Assembly: GCA_965215505.1 (NCBI GenBank)
Contig: OZ244065.1
Coordinates: 64,001-128,000, forward strand
Source of the DNA: Capsulimonadaceae bacterium
GTDB lineage: Bacteria; Armatimonadota; Armatimonadia; Armatimonadales; Capsulimonadaceae
DNA length: 64,000 nucleotides
Direction of reading: 5' to 3'
Shown here piece by piece: positions 18,584-28,423 of this stretch (position 1 is the first letter of the stretch; every line of letters starts with the position of its first letter). The position numbers and the translations under genes are program-made. The notes under the pieces are model-generated. The model was not told where the DNA came from and did no database searches. It saw nothing but the letters and a program-made list of their open reading frames with translations.

Positions 18584-19726
18584 CTAATTCTCGTTCGGCA
18601 CACTGTTCGCGACCACCAGTACGTCTATCCCGCGCACCAGGCGGATCAGGTCGTTGATGATGGACCCTTGCGCCATCTCCTGCAAGCGAGTCCGGCCCGA
18701 ATGGCCGATCACGATCTGGCTGACCTGGTGCGCGCGCGCGTAATCGGCCAGCGCCTGGGCGATGCCTTTGCCTTCCGTCCGCTCGATGCGGACGCCGAGC
18801 CGGTTGGCGAGGGCGAAGTCGCTTTCCAGAACCTTCTGCTGCTCCAGCGTCACCTTCCCCTGCGGCACATAGACGGCCACCATGTCCGCCTGGAGGCGCT
18901 GGGCGATGCGCCAGCCCCGGCGCAGAAGCCGGTCGGAGGGCTTGTCGGGCGAGATGCAGACCATGACCCGTTCCTGCGTCTGCCACGGCTCGGAGACGTG
19001 CTGCTCCTCGCGGTAGGTTTGGACGTTCCGGTCCACCGACCCGGCGACCTCGCGCAGCATGATCTCGCGCAGGGCGGACAGGTTGCCCTCGGTGAAGAAG
19101 TTTTCCAAGGCCTGCGGGACCTTGTCGGGGGGGTAGACGTCGCCGCGCTGCAAGCGGTTGATGAGCGAGCGCGGCGTGAGGTCCTTGGTGACGATCTCGT
19201 CGGCCTCCGTCAGCACCCAGTCGGGGACGGTTTCGCGCACCTTGACGTTCGTGATCTGGTAGATGGTGTCGTTGAGGCTTTCGAGGTGCTGCACGTTCAT
19301 CGTGCTCTCGACGTTGATCCCGGCGTTCAGGATCTCGATCACGTCCTGGTAGCGCTTCTCGTTCTTGGAGCCGGGGATGTTGGTATGAGCCAGCTCGTCC
19401 ACCAGCACCCACTGGGGCCGACGGGCAATGACGGCCTCGGTGTCCATCTCCTCGAAGGTCGCGCCCTTGTACTCGATCTTCCGGCGCGGGATGACCTCCA
19501 GGTCCCCGATCTGCGCCTCGGTGTCCTTGCGCTTGTGGGTTTCGACGTAGCCGATGACCACGTCCTGGCCGCTCTCGTGCTTGCGGCGGTTCGCCTCGCA
19601 CAGCATCTCGAACGTCTTGCCGACACCGGCGGCGAAGCCCAGCAGGATCTTAAAGCGCCCCCGGCTGGCCGCGCGCTCCGCCTTCTGGACCCGCGCCAGC
19701 AGTTCTTCGGGTGTGCATCTGTTCAT
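18584..19726 (-). CDS. kdpD: Stand-alone KdpD N-terminal sensor (KdpD domain + Usp domain, no TM or kinase)
   Basis: GRFKILLGFAAGVGKTFEML, VLVDELAHTN, TMNVQHLESLND, NFFTEGNLSALRE, C-terminal Usp domain. Confidence 0.92.
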   Translation of the reverse strand: MNRCTPEELLARVQKAERAASRGRFKILLGFAAGVGKTFEMLCEANRRKHESGQDVVIGYVETHKRKDTEAQIGDLEVIPRRKIEYKGATFEEMDTEAVIARRPQWVLVDELAHTNIPGSKNEKRYQDVIEILNAGINVESTMNVQHLESLNDTIYQITNVKVRETVPDWVLTEADEIVTKDLTPRSLINRLQRGDVYPPDKVPQALENFFTEGNLSALREIMLREVAGSVDRNVQTYREEQHVSEPWQTQERVMVCISPDKPSDRLLRRGWRIAQRLQADMVAVYVPQGKVTLEQQKVLESDFALANRLGVRIERTEGKGIAQALADYARAHQVSQIVIGHSGRTRLQEMAQGSIINDLIRLVRGIDVLVVANSVPNEN

Positions 19727-19783
19727 GCCCCTCTTGTTCCACGCCCGCCCCGCCGGTTCCTGCTTCCCCGGCCGTGGCGGACC

Positions 19784-21508
19784 TTAATGCTTCATCATCA
19801 GGTGCTCGACGACCGGCCCCAGGGCGAGGGCGGGCAGGCAACTCAGGCCGACGACGATGACGGCCGTGCCGACGATCAGGGAGGCGAATTGCAGCGTGTC
19901 CGTGGGCAATGTCCCGGTCGTCGGCGGGCGGCGGCCCTGCCGCGCGAACAGGCCCGCCAATGCCAGCGCGGGGATGGCGAGGCCGAAGCGCCCGGCCATC
20001 ATCGCAATCGCCGTGGTGGTGTTATAGAACGGCGTGTTCCCGTTCAGGCCGGCGAAGGTCTGCCCGTTGTTCGCGAAGCAGCTCGTGTAGGCGTACAGGA
20101 CTTCGGTCAGCCCGTGCGGGCCGTCGCTGCCGATCCCCGCAAGGCCGGCCTTCGTTTCGAGCGCCAGGGCGGTCAGCAGCAGGACGGCGAAGGGCGTGGC
20201 GACGGTGTAGAGCGTGATCAGCTTCACCTCGCGCGGCCCGATCTGCTTGCCCAGATACTCGGGCGTCCGGCCCACCATCAGCCCGGCGATGAACAGGCCG
20301 ACGAGAGCGACCATGAGGATCGAGTACAGCCCCGTCCCCAGGCCGCCGAAGATCATCTCGCCCAGCAGCATGTTGACCAGCGGGACCATGCCGCCCAGGG
20401 GCATGTAGCTGTCGTGGGAGGAGTTGGTCGAGCCGGTCGCGCCGTTGGAGGTGACGATGGCGGTCAGCACCGAGCCGCCGATGCCGAAGCGTGTTTCCTT
20501 GCCCTCCATGTTGCCGCCCGGCTGCCCCGCCGTCACCGCCGGGATGAGGTTCGCCGACCGGACGATGGCCGGGTTGCCCCCCTGCTCCGGCGGGGCGCAG
20601 AAGGCCAGGCCGGCGACGAACAGCGACGTCATCACCCAGAACAGCACCCAGCCCTGGCGGGGCCGCCCGACCATGCGCCCGAAGGTGTGGGTCAGGGCGG
20701 CGGGCAGGGCCGCGATCGCCAGCATCTCCAGGAAGTTCGTCAGCGGCGTCGGGTTTTCGAATGGGTGCGCGCCGTTGACGTTGAAGAATCCGCCGCCGTT
20801 GGTGCCCAGGTTTTTGATCAATTCTAGTGCCGCGACCGGCCCCTGCGCGATGGTCTGGCCGCCGCCTTCCAGGCCCGTCGCCGCCGTGTAGTGGTGGAAG
20901 TTCATCGGGACACCCTGCCAGACCAGGACGAGGCTGCCGAGGAGCGAGAAGGGCAGCAGCACCCAGAGCGTCGCCCGCGTCAGGTCCACCCAGAAGGAGC
21001 CGAGCTTGTCCGTGTCCCGCCGGGCCAGGCCTCGGATGAAGGCGACGCCCAGCGCCAGTCCCGCCGCGCCCGCCAGGAAGTTCTGCCCGGCCAGCCCGAC
21101 GACCTGACTGAAATAGGACATCGTGTTCTCGCCGCCATATGCCTGCCACGTCGAGGTGGTCGCGAAGCTGATGGCCGTGTTCATCGCGAGGTCCGGCGTC
21201 ATCGGCGTGGTCAGGCTCGCCTTGTCGTACCAGGGGAGGAAAGCCTGTAAGCGCAGGAGGGCATAGAGAATCAGCGTCCCGACGAGGCTGAAAAGTGTGA
21301 ACGAGAGCGCGTACTGCTTCCAGTCCATCTCGGCCTCCGCGTCAACGCCGGTCACGCGGTAGACCAGCCGCTCGCACGGTCGGAGCAGGGGGTCGAGGAG
21401 TGTCTTGCCGTCGTCAAAGACCCGCGCCATGTAGCCGCCGAGCGGCCTGACGAGGAGGAAGACGACCAGCAGGAAGGCCGCGTACTGTAATAAGTTCTCT
21501 ACACTCAT
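19784..21508 (-). CDS. kdpA: Second KdpA potassium-binding subunit, variant selectivity filter
   Basis: IKNLGTNGGGFFNVNGAHPFENPT, GNMEGKETRFG, GLMVGRTPEYLGK, LALGPVVEH. Start taken at MSVEN (21508). Confidence 0.93.
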   Translation of the reverse strand: MSVENLLQYAAFLLVVFLLVRPLGGYMARVFDDGKTLLDPLLRPCERLVYRVTGVDAEAEMDWKQYALSFTLFSLVGTLILYALLRLQAFLPWYDKASLTTPMTPDLAMNTAISFATTSTWQAYGGENTMSYFSQVVGLAGQNFLAGAAGLALGVAFIRGLARRDTDKLGSFWVDLTRATLWVLLPFSLLGSLVLVWQGVPMNFHHYTAATGLEGGGQTIAQGPVAALELIKNLGTNGGGFFNVNGAHPFENPTPLTNFLEMLAIAALPAALTHTFGRMVGRPRQGWVLFWVMTSLFVAGLAFCAPPEQGGNPAIVRSANLIPAVTAGQPGGNMEGKETRFGIGGSVLTAIVTSNGATGSTNSSHDSYMPLGGMVPLVNMLLGEMIFGGLGTGLYSILMVALVGLFIAGLMVGRTPEYLGKQIGPREVKLITLYTVATPFAVLLLTALALETKAGLAGIGSDGPHGLTEVLYAYTSCFANNGQTFAGLNGNTPFYNTTTAIAMMAGRFGLAIPALALAGLFARQGRRPPTTGTLPTDTLQFASLIVGTAVIVVGLSCLPALALGPVVEHLMMKH

Positions 21509-21696
21509 CTTGATGGTTCCTACTGACTTGCTTGGAACCGTCATCAGATGAGGCGTTCATCGGCTGACTGAATGTTCCGAGCCTCGATGAACGTCTTGGT
21601 CCATCCGCCGGGCTGCCTCAAGTTGTCTCTTGGTCGGCAGCAGTTTCTTGTGGGTAGGTGATTGACTGACGGTACACGGTGCCGGCCCCGGTCCCG

Positions 21697-21815
21697 GCGA
21701 GTGGTTGAAAACCACTCGCTAGGAGAAGCGTCCTGCGGACGGGCAGAGGCGGCGCATGGGCTTTATCTTCTGTCCGAAGGACACCTGGCCTAGCGAGTGG
21801 TTTTCAACCACTCGC
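21697..21815. repeat. REPIN-like long inverted repeat
   Basis: GCGAGTGGTTGAAAACCACTCGCTAGG ... CCTAGCGAGTGGTTTTCAACCACTCGC are exact reverse complements; inner GTCCTGCGGAC / GTCCGAAGGAC. Confidence 0.8.
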
Positions 21816-21855
21816 TCTCGCTCGGCATCGCGTAACAACATCGGCGATTAGCGAG

Positions 21856-21887
21856 AGGGCCGCGCCGGACAAGTCCGGCGCGGCCCT
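21856..21887 (-). terminator. Strong hairpin after kdpC and the Lys/Asp micro-ORF
   Basis: AGGGCCGCGCCGGAC-AA-GTCCGGCGCGGCCCT perfect inverted repeat; no clear U tract. Confidence 0.55.
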
Positions 21888-21893
21888 GGCGGG

Positions 21894-21959
21894 CTACTTT
21901 TTGCCCTTCTTCTTGTCTTTCTTCTTGTCGTCCTTCTTGTCGTCCTTCTTCTTGCTCAT
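21894..21959 (-). CDS. Lys/Asp-rich micropeptide MSKKKDDKKDDKKKDKKKGKK (21 aa)
   Basis: ATG 21959 to TAG 21894; AAAGGAGG 9 nt upstream; mostly preferred AAG/GAC codons; hairpin directly after the stop. Confidence 0.6.
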   Translation of the reverse strand: MSKKKDDKKDDKKKDKKKGKK

Positions 21960-21998
21960 CGCATCCATCCTCCTTTCCTCTGTGTTTGTGCGCTCTTG

Positions 21999-22652
21999 TC
22001 ATTTCTTCGCCGGCGCGGGCGGCATCGGGGCGGCCTTATCCAGGGCCACGTTCAGGGTCAGCACGTTGACGACCGGCTCGCCCAGGAAGCCGAAGGAGCG
22101 GCCCCGCGTGTTCTGCTTGATCAGGCCGCGCACGGTGTCGCCCGTCATGCTGCGCGCCTTGGCGACGCGGTCGGCCTGGAGTTCGGCGTTGGCCGGGCTG
22201 ATGTGTGGGTCCAGTCCCGAGGCGGACCGGGTGACGGCGTCCACGGGGACGGGCGTACCGTCGGCCAGGCCGTTGTCTTTGCGGTAGGCCGCCGCCAGGT
22301 CCTTGACGCCGTCGAAGTTGGTTGGGTCGTCCTTGCCGTTCGCCAGCTTCTTGTGGATGCCGTTGATCAGCTTGTCGCTGGTCGGGCCGAGGTTCGTGCC
22401 GCTGCTGGCCGTCGGGTCGTAGCCGCTGCCCGCCGCCGAGGGGCGGGGGTGGAAGTACTCGGGCTTGGTGAAGCCCTGGGCCAGCAGCTCGGAGCCGATG
22501 ACCGTGCCCTGCGCGTTCGTAATGAGGCTGCCGTTCGCCTGGTGCTTGAAGGCGACCTGTGCCAGCCCCCAGACGACCAGGGGGTAGACGCCGCTCACGA
22601 GCAGCAGCAGGACCAGAGTGATCCTTAATGAGATGACCAGTTGTTTTGCCAT
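21999..22652 (-). CDS. kdpC: Potassium-transporting ATPase C subunit
   Basis: QANGSL, YFHPRPSA, SSGTNLGP, DAVTRSASGLDPHISP, GEPVVNVLTLN. Confidence 0.96.
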   Translation of the reverse strand: MAKQLVISLRITLVLLLLVSGVYPLVVWGLAQVAFKHQANGSLITNAQGTVIGSELLAQGFTKPEYFHPRPSAAGSGYDPTASSGTNLGPTSDKLINGIHKKLANGKDDPTNFDGVKDLAAAYRKDNGLADGTPVPVDAVTRSASGLDPHISPANAELQADRVAKARSMTGDTVRGLIKQNTRGRSFGFLGEPVVNVLTLNVALDKAAPMPPAPAKK

Positions 22653-22664
22653 AATAAGAAGTTC

Positions 22665-24857
22665 CTAATGTGCCGGGGCGCAGTGCAGCAGGACGACGAT
22701 CTGGTCCAGCAGCCAGATGAACGGGAACGGCAGCACGATGCCGCCCAGGCCCCAGACCGCCAGGTTCCGGCGCAGGACCTGCGCCGCGCCCATGGGAGTG
22801 TACGGGACGCCCTTCAGGGCGACCGGGATCAGCGCGATGATGATCAAGGCGTTGAAAATGATCGCCGCCAGCACCGCCGAGTAGGGCGAATGCAGCTTCA
22901 TGATGTTCAAGGCCCACAGCGGCCCGTGCATCGCGCCCGCCGACAGGTAGAGGGTCGAGAACATGGCCGGGATGATCGCGAAGTACTTGGCGACGTCATT
23001 CGAGATCGAGAACGTCGTCAGCGCGCCGCGCGTCATCAGGAGCTGCTTGCCGATCTCGACGATCTCAATCAGCTTGGTCGGGTTCGAGTCCAGGTCAACC
23101 ATGTTGCCCGCCTCTTTGGCGGCCTGCGTCCCGCTGTTCATGGCGACGCCGACGTCGGCCTGCGCCAGAGCGGGCGCGTCGTTGGTGCCGTCGCCGGTCA
23201 TCGCGACGAGACGGCCCTCGGCCTGCTCCTTCTTGATGAGCGCCATCTTGTCTTCGGGCTTTGCTTGTGCCAGGAAGTCGTCCACGCCCGCCTCCTGCGC
23301 GATGGCGGCGGCGGTCAAAGGGTTGTCGCCCGTGATCATGACGGTCTTGATGCCCATGGCCCGCAGGTGGTCGAAGCGCTCGCGCATCCCGCCCTTGACG
23401 ATGTCCTTGAGGTAGATGATCCCCAGGGGCCGGTCATTCAAGACCACGGCCAGCGGCGTGCCGCCCTGCTTGGAGATGCCGTCGGCGATCTCCTGGAGAT
23501 GTGCGGGGACGGTCCCGCCGCTCTGCGTGACGTAATCCGCGACGGCCTGCACCGCGCCCTTGCGGACGCGCACACCGTTCATGTTCAGGCCGGACATGCG
23601 CGTCTGGGCGGTGAACGGGATGAACTCCGCGCCTTCCTCCAGGTGCCGCCCGCGCAGGCTGTACTTTTCCTTCGCCAGCACGACGATGGAGCGGCCTTCG
23701 GGGGTCTCGTCGGCCAGTGAGGAGAGCTGGGCGGCGTCCGCCAGCTCGTTCACGTCCACGCCGGGGAGGGGCAGGAACTCGGCGGCCTGCCGGTTGCCCA
23801 GGGTGATCGTGCCGGTCTTGTCCAGCAGCAGCACGTCCACGTCGCCCGCCGCCTCGACGGCCTTGCCGGACATGGCGAGTACGTTATACTGCATGACCCG
23901 GTCCATGCCCGCGATGCCGATGGCCGAGAGCAGGCCGCCGATGGTCGTCGGGATCAGGCAGACCAGCAGCGCGATCAGGATGGTGATACTCGGGGCGGTC
24001 CCGGCCAGCCCCGCGCCCTGGGCCTGCCCCACGTTGTACTGCGCGAAGGGCAGCAGGGTGACGGTCGCCAAGAGAAAGATAATGGTCAGGCCTGCGATCA
24101 GGATGTTCAGGGCGATCTCGTTGGGCGTCTTCTGCCGCGAAGCGCCTTCCACCAGGCCAATCATGCGGTCAATGAAGGTCTCGCCCGGATTGGCCGTGAT
24201 CTCGACTTTGATGCCGTCCGAGATGACCTTGGTACCGCCGGTCACGGCGGAGCGGTCGCCGCCGGCCTCGCGGATGACCGGGGCCGACTCGCCGGTGATC
24301 GCCGACTCGTCCACGCTGGCGATGCCTTCAATGATCGTGCCGTCGCTCGGGATGACGTCGCCGACCTCGCAGACGACGATGTCGCCTTTGCGGAGGTCCG
24401 GCGCGGCGGCCTCTTCGATCTGGCCGTTCTTGCCGATGCGCTTGGCCTTGGTGGTCGTGCGGGTCTTGCGAAGCTCGTCCGCCTGCGCCTTGCCGCGCCC
24501 CTCGGCGATGGCCTCGGCGAAGTTCGCGAACAGGACGGTGAACCAGAGCCACATGGCGATCTGGCCGGTGAAAGCCCGCTCCCAGCCGCCCATGGGGACG
24601 CCCAGGGACGGGACCAGGCTCGCCAGGAAGATGACCGTCGTGATGACGCTGCCGACCCAGACGACGAACATGACCGGGTTCTTGGCCTCGGCGCGCGGGT
24701 CCAGCTTTTTGAAGGCATCGCCCAGGGCGCGGCGGACGATGGGCGGGTCGAACAGCGGGCGGGAACGCTTGCCGGCCGGCGGCACCGACGGGGCCTGCCC
24801 CGTTGGCCCCGTGCCGTTCACGCTCTGCGCCGATGGATTTTGTTGAATGGTTGCCAT
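22665..24857 (-). CDS. kdpB: Potassium-transporting P-type ATPase B subunit
   Basis: [38 protein letters not shown]. Confidence 0.97.
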   Translation of the reverse strand: MATIQQNPSAQSVNGTGPTGQAPSVPPAGKRSRPLFDPPIVRRALGDAFKKLDPRAEAKNPVMFVVWVGSVITTVIFLASLVPSLGVPMGGWERAFTGQIAMWLWFTVLFANFAEAIAEGRGKAQADELRKTRTTTKAKRIGKNGQIEEAAAPDLRKGDIVVCEVGDVIPSDGTIIEGIASVDESAITGESAPVIREAGGDRSAVTGGTKVISDGIKVEITANPGETFIDRMIGLVEGASRQKTPNEIALNILIAGLTIIFLLATVTLLPFAQYNVGQAQGAGLAGTAPSITILIALLVCLIPTTIGGLLSAIGIAGMDRVMQYNVLAMSGKAVEAAGDVDVLLLDKTGTITLGNRQAAEFLPLPGVDVNELADAAQLSSLADETPEGRSIVVLAKEKYSLRGRHLEEGAEFIPFTAQTRMSGLNMNGVRVRKGAVQAVADYVTQSGGTVPAHLQEIADGISKQGGTPLAVVLNDRPLGIIYLKDIVKGGMRERFDHLRAMGIKTVMITGDNPLTAAAIAQEAGVDDFLAQAKPEDKMALIKKEQAEGRLVAMTGDGTNDAPALAQADVGVAMNSGTQAAKEAGNMVDLDSNPTKLIEIVEIGKQLLMTRGALTTFSISNDVAKYFAIIPAMFSTLYLSAGAMHGPLWALNIMKLHSPYSAVLAAIIFNALIIIALIPVALKGVPYTPMGAAQVLRRNLAVWGLGGIVLPFPFIWLLDQIVVLLHCAPAH

Positions 24858-24869
24858 TGTTGATCCTGT

Positions 24870-24894
24870 GGGGGCGGGGCTTGCCCCCGCCCCC
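24870..24894. repeat. REP-like hairpin between kdpA and kdpB
   Basis: GGGGGCGGGG-CTTGC-CCCCGCCCCC. Confidence 0.5.
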
Positions 24895-24914
24895 TAGTTC
24901 TAGAACGTCTTCCC

Positions 24915-26735
24915 TCAGAACGTCTTCCCAGAGTTCATCAGGAAGTGTTCCACGACGGGACCCAGCGAGACGCCGGGGAAGTAGGTCAATGCGCCGACGA
25001 TGACGATGACGCCCACCAGCAGGCCCGCGAAGAGCGGCGTGTCGGTCGGGAACGTGCCCGCGCTGGCCGCCACGCGCTTCTTTTTGACCATGCTGCCGGC
25101 GATCGCCAGCAGGGGCACGATCATCAGGAACCGGCCCACGAGCATCGAGAGGCCCTGGGTCAAGTTCCAGTACGGCGTGTTGACGGAGATGCCCGCGAAG
25201 GCGCTGCCGTTGTTGCCGGTCGTCGAGTCATAGGCGTACAGGATCTCGGAGAAGCCGTGCGGGCCGCTGTTGTTGGTGTTGGCCGAGGCCAGCACATTCA
25301 GCGAAGGCGGCGTACTCTGCACCGTGTTCCAGTAGGCGGCGGGGTGGGGGACATGGGCGACGCTCGAAACGGCGGTGAAGCACAGCACGTCGGCGGCCAG
25401 GACCAGGGTCGCCAGCATCGCCATCTTGATCTCGAAGGCTTCCACCTTCTTGCCCAGGTATTCCGGCGTCCGCCCGACCATCAGGCCCGCGATGAAGACG
25501 GCGAGGATCGCGTACATCAGCATCCCGTACAGGCCCGCGCCGACCCCGCCGAAGATCACCTCGCCGGTCATGATGTTCGCCATCGGGACCAGGCCGCCGA
25601 TGGGCGTGAACGAGTCATGCATCGAGTTGACCGCGCCGCAGGAGGCGTCCGTCGTGACCGTCGCAAACAGGGCCGACCGGGCGACTCCGAAGCGGGTTTC
25701 TTTGCCCTCCATGTTGCCGCCGCTGTCACCCAGCACGGAGGCGCGCGTTTCTACGCCCTGGGCGGCGATCAGCGGGTTGCCTTTGGCCTCCTGGGTGTAG
25801 GCGACCGAGACGCCGACGAGGAACAGGAAGCCCATCGCCCCCCAGAGCGCCCAGCCCTGCTTGACGTTGCCGACATACAGGCCGAACGTGTAGACGATGC
25901 CCGCGCCGATCAGGAAGATGGACAGCACCTGCAAGAAGTCCGTCAGGGCCGTCGGGTTCTCGAACGGGTGGGCGGAATTGACGTTGAGCGGCCCCCCACC
26001 GTTCGTCCCCAGCATCTTGATCGCCTCCTGCGAGGCGAACGGCCCGCCGGGGATGATCTGCGAAGCGCCTTCCAGGGTCGTCGCCGTGTGGTAGGCGTGG
26101 AAGTTCTGGATGACGCCCTGCTGGCACAGGACCAGCGCGTAGACGATGCACAGCGGCAGGAGGACGTAGACGGTGGACCGGGTCAGGTCAACCCAGAAGT
26201 TGCCGATGCTGGCCGCCGAGCGTCGGCCCAAGCCGCGCACCAGGGCGATGGCGATGGCGATGCCCGTGGCCGCCGAGAAGAAGTTGTGCGAAACCAGCCC
26301 GACCATCTGCGAGAAGTACGACATCGTGCTTTCGCCGCCGTAGGCCTGCCAGTTCGTGTTGGTGGTGAACGAGATCGCCGTGTTGAAGGCGAGATCCGGC
26401 GTCATCGCCGTCGCATAGGACGGCGCGTTTTTGGCGTCCCCGAAGTGCATCGGGTTCAGCGGCAGGAACGCCTGCCAGCGTAGGACGGCGTAGGTGAAGA
26501 CGAGGGTGACGACGCTGAACAGCAGCATCGCCAGCGTGTAGGTCGTCCACGGCATTTCTTCGTCTTCCTTGACGCCGCCGATGACGTAGACGAGGCGCTC
26601 GATGGGGCGGAAGATAGGTGTCAGCCAGGTCTTCTCCCCCTCGAACACCTTGTACATGAAGGTCCCAAAAGGCTTCGTCAGGGCCAGGATCAGTCCGATG
26701 AAGAGGACGATCTGTAGCCAGCCGATCACAGTCAT
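24915..26735 (-). CDS. kdpA: Potassium-transporting ATPase A subunit (canonical)
   Basis: Filter motifs NTNWQ, TNGGG, SCGAV, NNGSA all canonical. Confidence 0.97.
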   Translation of the reverse strand: MTVIGWLQIVLFIGLILALTKPFGTFMYKVFEGEKTWLTPIFRPIERLVYVIGGVKEDEEMPWTTYTLAMLLFSVVTLVFTYAVLRWQAFLPLNPMHFGDAKNAPSYATAMTPDLAFNTAISFTTNTNWQAYGGESTMSYFSQMVGLVSHNFFSAATGIAIAIALVRGLGRRSAASIGNFWVDLTRSTVYVLLPLCIVYALVLCQQGVIQNFHAYHTATTLEGASQIIPGGPFASQEAIKMLGTNGGGPLNVNSAHPFENPTALTDFLQVLSIFLIGAGIVYTFGLYVGNVKQGWALWGAMGFLFLVGVSVAYTQEAKGNPLIAAQGVETRASVLGDSGGNMEGKETRFGVARSALFATVTTDASCGAVNSMHDSFTPIGGLVPMANIMTGEVIFGGVGAGLYGMLMYAILAVFIAGLMVGRTPEYLGKKVEAFEIKMAMLATLVLAADVLCFTAVSSVAHVPHPAAYWNTVQSTPPSLNVLASANTNNSGPHGFSEILYAYDSTTGNNGSAFAGISVNTPYWNLTQGLSMLVGRFLMIVPLLAIAGSMVKKKRVAASAGTFPTDTPLFAGLLVGVIVIVGALTYFPGVSLGPVVEHFLMNSGKTF

Positions 26736-26747
26736 TGCGAAAGCTCC

Positions 26748-26831
26748 TTAAAACCGTTCCGGCCGGATCAAAGCGTACAGCAGGTAGACCGTCAGCCCGA
26801 TCGTCGCGATCCCCGCGAGCCAGATTTCCAT
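26748..26831 (-). CDS. kdpF: KdpF small subunit (27 aa)
   Basis: Translated by hand as MEIWLAGIATIGLTVYLLYALIRPERF; AAGGAG RBS; directly upstream of kdpA. Confidence 0.92.
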   Translation of the reverse strand: MEIWLAGIATIGLTVYLLYALIRPERF

Positions 26832-26853
26832 AGTTACTCCTTATTCGCCGGCC

Positions 26854-26937
26854 TTACAGCCGGTCGCACCCGTAGGTGTAGCCGATCGCGATCACGAAGA
26901 ACAACAAAGTCGTCGCCAGGAACAGAAAGTCTTGCAT
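26854..26937 (-). CDS. Second small hydrophobic kdp-associated peptide (27 aa)
   Basis: MQDFLFLATTLLFFVIAIGYTYGCDRL; GGAGGAGG RBS; first ORF after the kdp promoter. Confidence 0.75.
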   Translation of the reverse strand: MQDFLFLATTLLFFVIAIGYTYGCDRL

Positions 26938-26963
26938 CCCCGTCGCCTCCTCCGCGACACTGC

Positions 26964-27020
26964 CTATCTTATCCGATTCCATATAAAGAAGGTGTAAAGA
27001 AGGGGCGGGGCGGCATAAAG
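26964..27020 (-). promoter_or_regulatory. kdpFABC promoter with KdpE-type direct repeats
   Basis: Minus-strand CTTTA repeats (plus-strand TAAAG at 26984, 26995, 27016; spacing 11 and 21 bp) followed by a TAAGAT -10-like hexamer; resembles the TTTATA/TTTACA KdpE box. Confidence 0.65.
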
Positions 27021-27052
27021 GTTTCGTTGAGATTTGCCGTCTTGGGTCGTTG

Positions 27053-28411
27053 TCAGGGATTGTCCGCGAACCTCTGGTCCGCCTGAAGCGTCCCCTCCAG
27101 CACCCGGAGGCGGGCGCGGAGTTCAACCGTCTCCTCCTCGCTGAACTGCTCGGCGCACCCGGCGACGATCTTCCGCCCCTTCTCGACCAGCGTGTGGCGG
27201 TAGTCCGGGTCCGAAACGGTCGCCGCGATGTCCGCTAGGGCGCGCAGCATCCGCAGGCTGACGGCGACGTCTGCCTTCGCGTACAGGCGGATCTGCTCGA
27301 AGGCCGACTCGACGAGCCGGTCGAAACTGAGCCACGGCAGGCCGACGCGGACGACGCCCGGCGGGTCATACAGCAGCGAGGCGGGCGGCTCCCGCATGGC
27401 GAACCGGATCAGGACGCGGCTGAGTTGGTCCACGCAGCCGATGGCCGTGCTGGGGTCGTTCACGGCGGGCGAGATGGCCTTCAGGGCGATGTCCACGATC
27501 TGGAGGATGCCGTACTCCACGTCCTGCTGCAACGTCCGGGTCGGGCCGAACTCGAAGGCGGCGCGCAGCTCGGTGACGCGCTCCGGGGACAGCTTATCGC
27601 CTTTAGAAACCATCAGCAGTGGGACGCCCTCTGGGACGAAGTGGCCGACGCGGCGCAGGACGCGGACAGTCACGCCGATGGCCCGCGCCGCCGCGACGAG
27701 CCGCTTGGTATCTATGAAGCGGACGTAGCCCGAGACGCCGCTGAGGACCGGCGCTTCGCGCGCGCTCGGCTCGAGCTGCCGGTCGGCGTGCCGGAACGCC
27801 TCGGTCAAGCGGTCGTGCCGGACGGGGTTCGGCATGGTCTGATCAATGATGGCCTCCGTCTCCTGCGCGATCCGGTCCACGATGTGGTTGACGCTGATCG
27901 CCTCGGAGATGTGGTGGATGAAGTAGAGCAGCCACGCGACGCAGGCCAGCGAGAGCAGCATCGCGCCCAGCACGGTCAGGACCGGTTCAAACGGGCGCGG
28001 CAGGCTGCGGGCGGCGGGCAGGGCGGCCAGGCAGTAGGTGAAGGTGCCCAGGAAGATGCCGAGGGTCTGCTGCGTCACCTTGTCCTGAGAGAAAGAAACG
28101 ATGATGCGCGGGGAGAACTGCATGGAGGCCAGCGTCAGCGTCATCAGTAGGATGGCGAAGACGATGGAAACGACCGTCATCATGGCCGCGGCGATGCCGC
28201 CCAGAATGACCTGTGCCACCAGGGGGTCGGAGTGCGAGGGGAAGAGCGCCCGAGGCACCCAGGCGCTGACTCTCGGGACCGCCTCCTCCAGAAGCGACAG
28301 CAGGCCGCCGGTCAGCCCGAGCGCGACGGCGATGATGAGCGGGCGGACCAGGAAGCCGCCGCGCAGGTTATACATCAGGTGGCGGAAGAGGAGGGGCAGG
28401 TGTCTGTACAT
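27053..28411 (-). CDS. DUF2254-type predicted membrane protein
   Basis: LTLASMQFSPR, SGYVRFID, RTLQQDVEYGILQIVDIALKAISPAVNDPSTA. Confidence 0.85.
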   Translation of the reverse strand: MYRHLPLLFRHLMYNLRGGFLVRPLIIAVALGLTGGLLSLLEEAVPRVSAWVPRALFPSHSDPLVAQVILGGIAAAMMTVVSIVFAILLMTLTLASMQFSPRIIVSFSQDKVTQQTLGIFLGTFTYCLAALPAARSLPRPFEPVLTVLGAMLLSLACVAWLLYFIHHISEAISVNHIVDRIAQETEAIIDQTMPNPVRHDRLTEAFRHADRQLEPSAREAPVLSGVSGYVRFIDTKRLVAAARAIGVTVRVLRRVGHFVPEGVPLLMVSKGDKLSPERVTELRAAFEFGPTRTLQQDVEYGILQIVDIALKAISPAVNDPSTAIGCVDQLSRVLIRFAMREPPASLLYDPPGVVRVGLPWLSFDRLVESAFEQIRLYAKADVAVSLRMLRALADIAATVSDPDYRHTLVEKGRKIVAGCAEQFSEEETVELRARLRVLEGTLQADQRFADNP

Positions 28412-28423
28412 GGTGACGAAGTT

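Noticed and set aside
21511-21548. Hammerhead ribozyme (CTGATGA followed by a stem on the minus strand)
   Set aside because: The required GAAA after stem II is absent.
21697-21960. CRISPR array
   Set aside because: The repeats are inverted pairs or codon repeats, not direct repeats with spacers; no cas genes.
26938-27052. c-di-AMP (ydaO) riboswitch upstream of kdp
   Set aside because: The leader is too short and lacks the consensus; the KdpE-type repeats explain the region.
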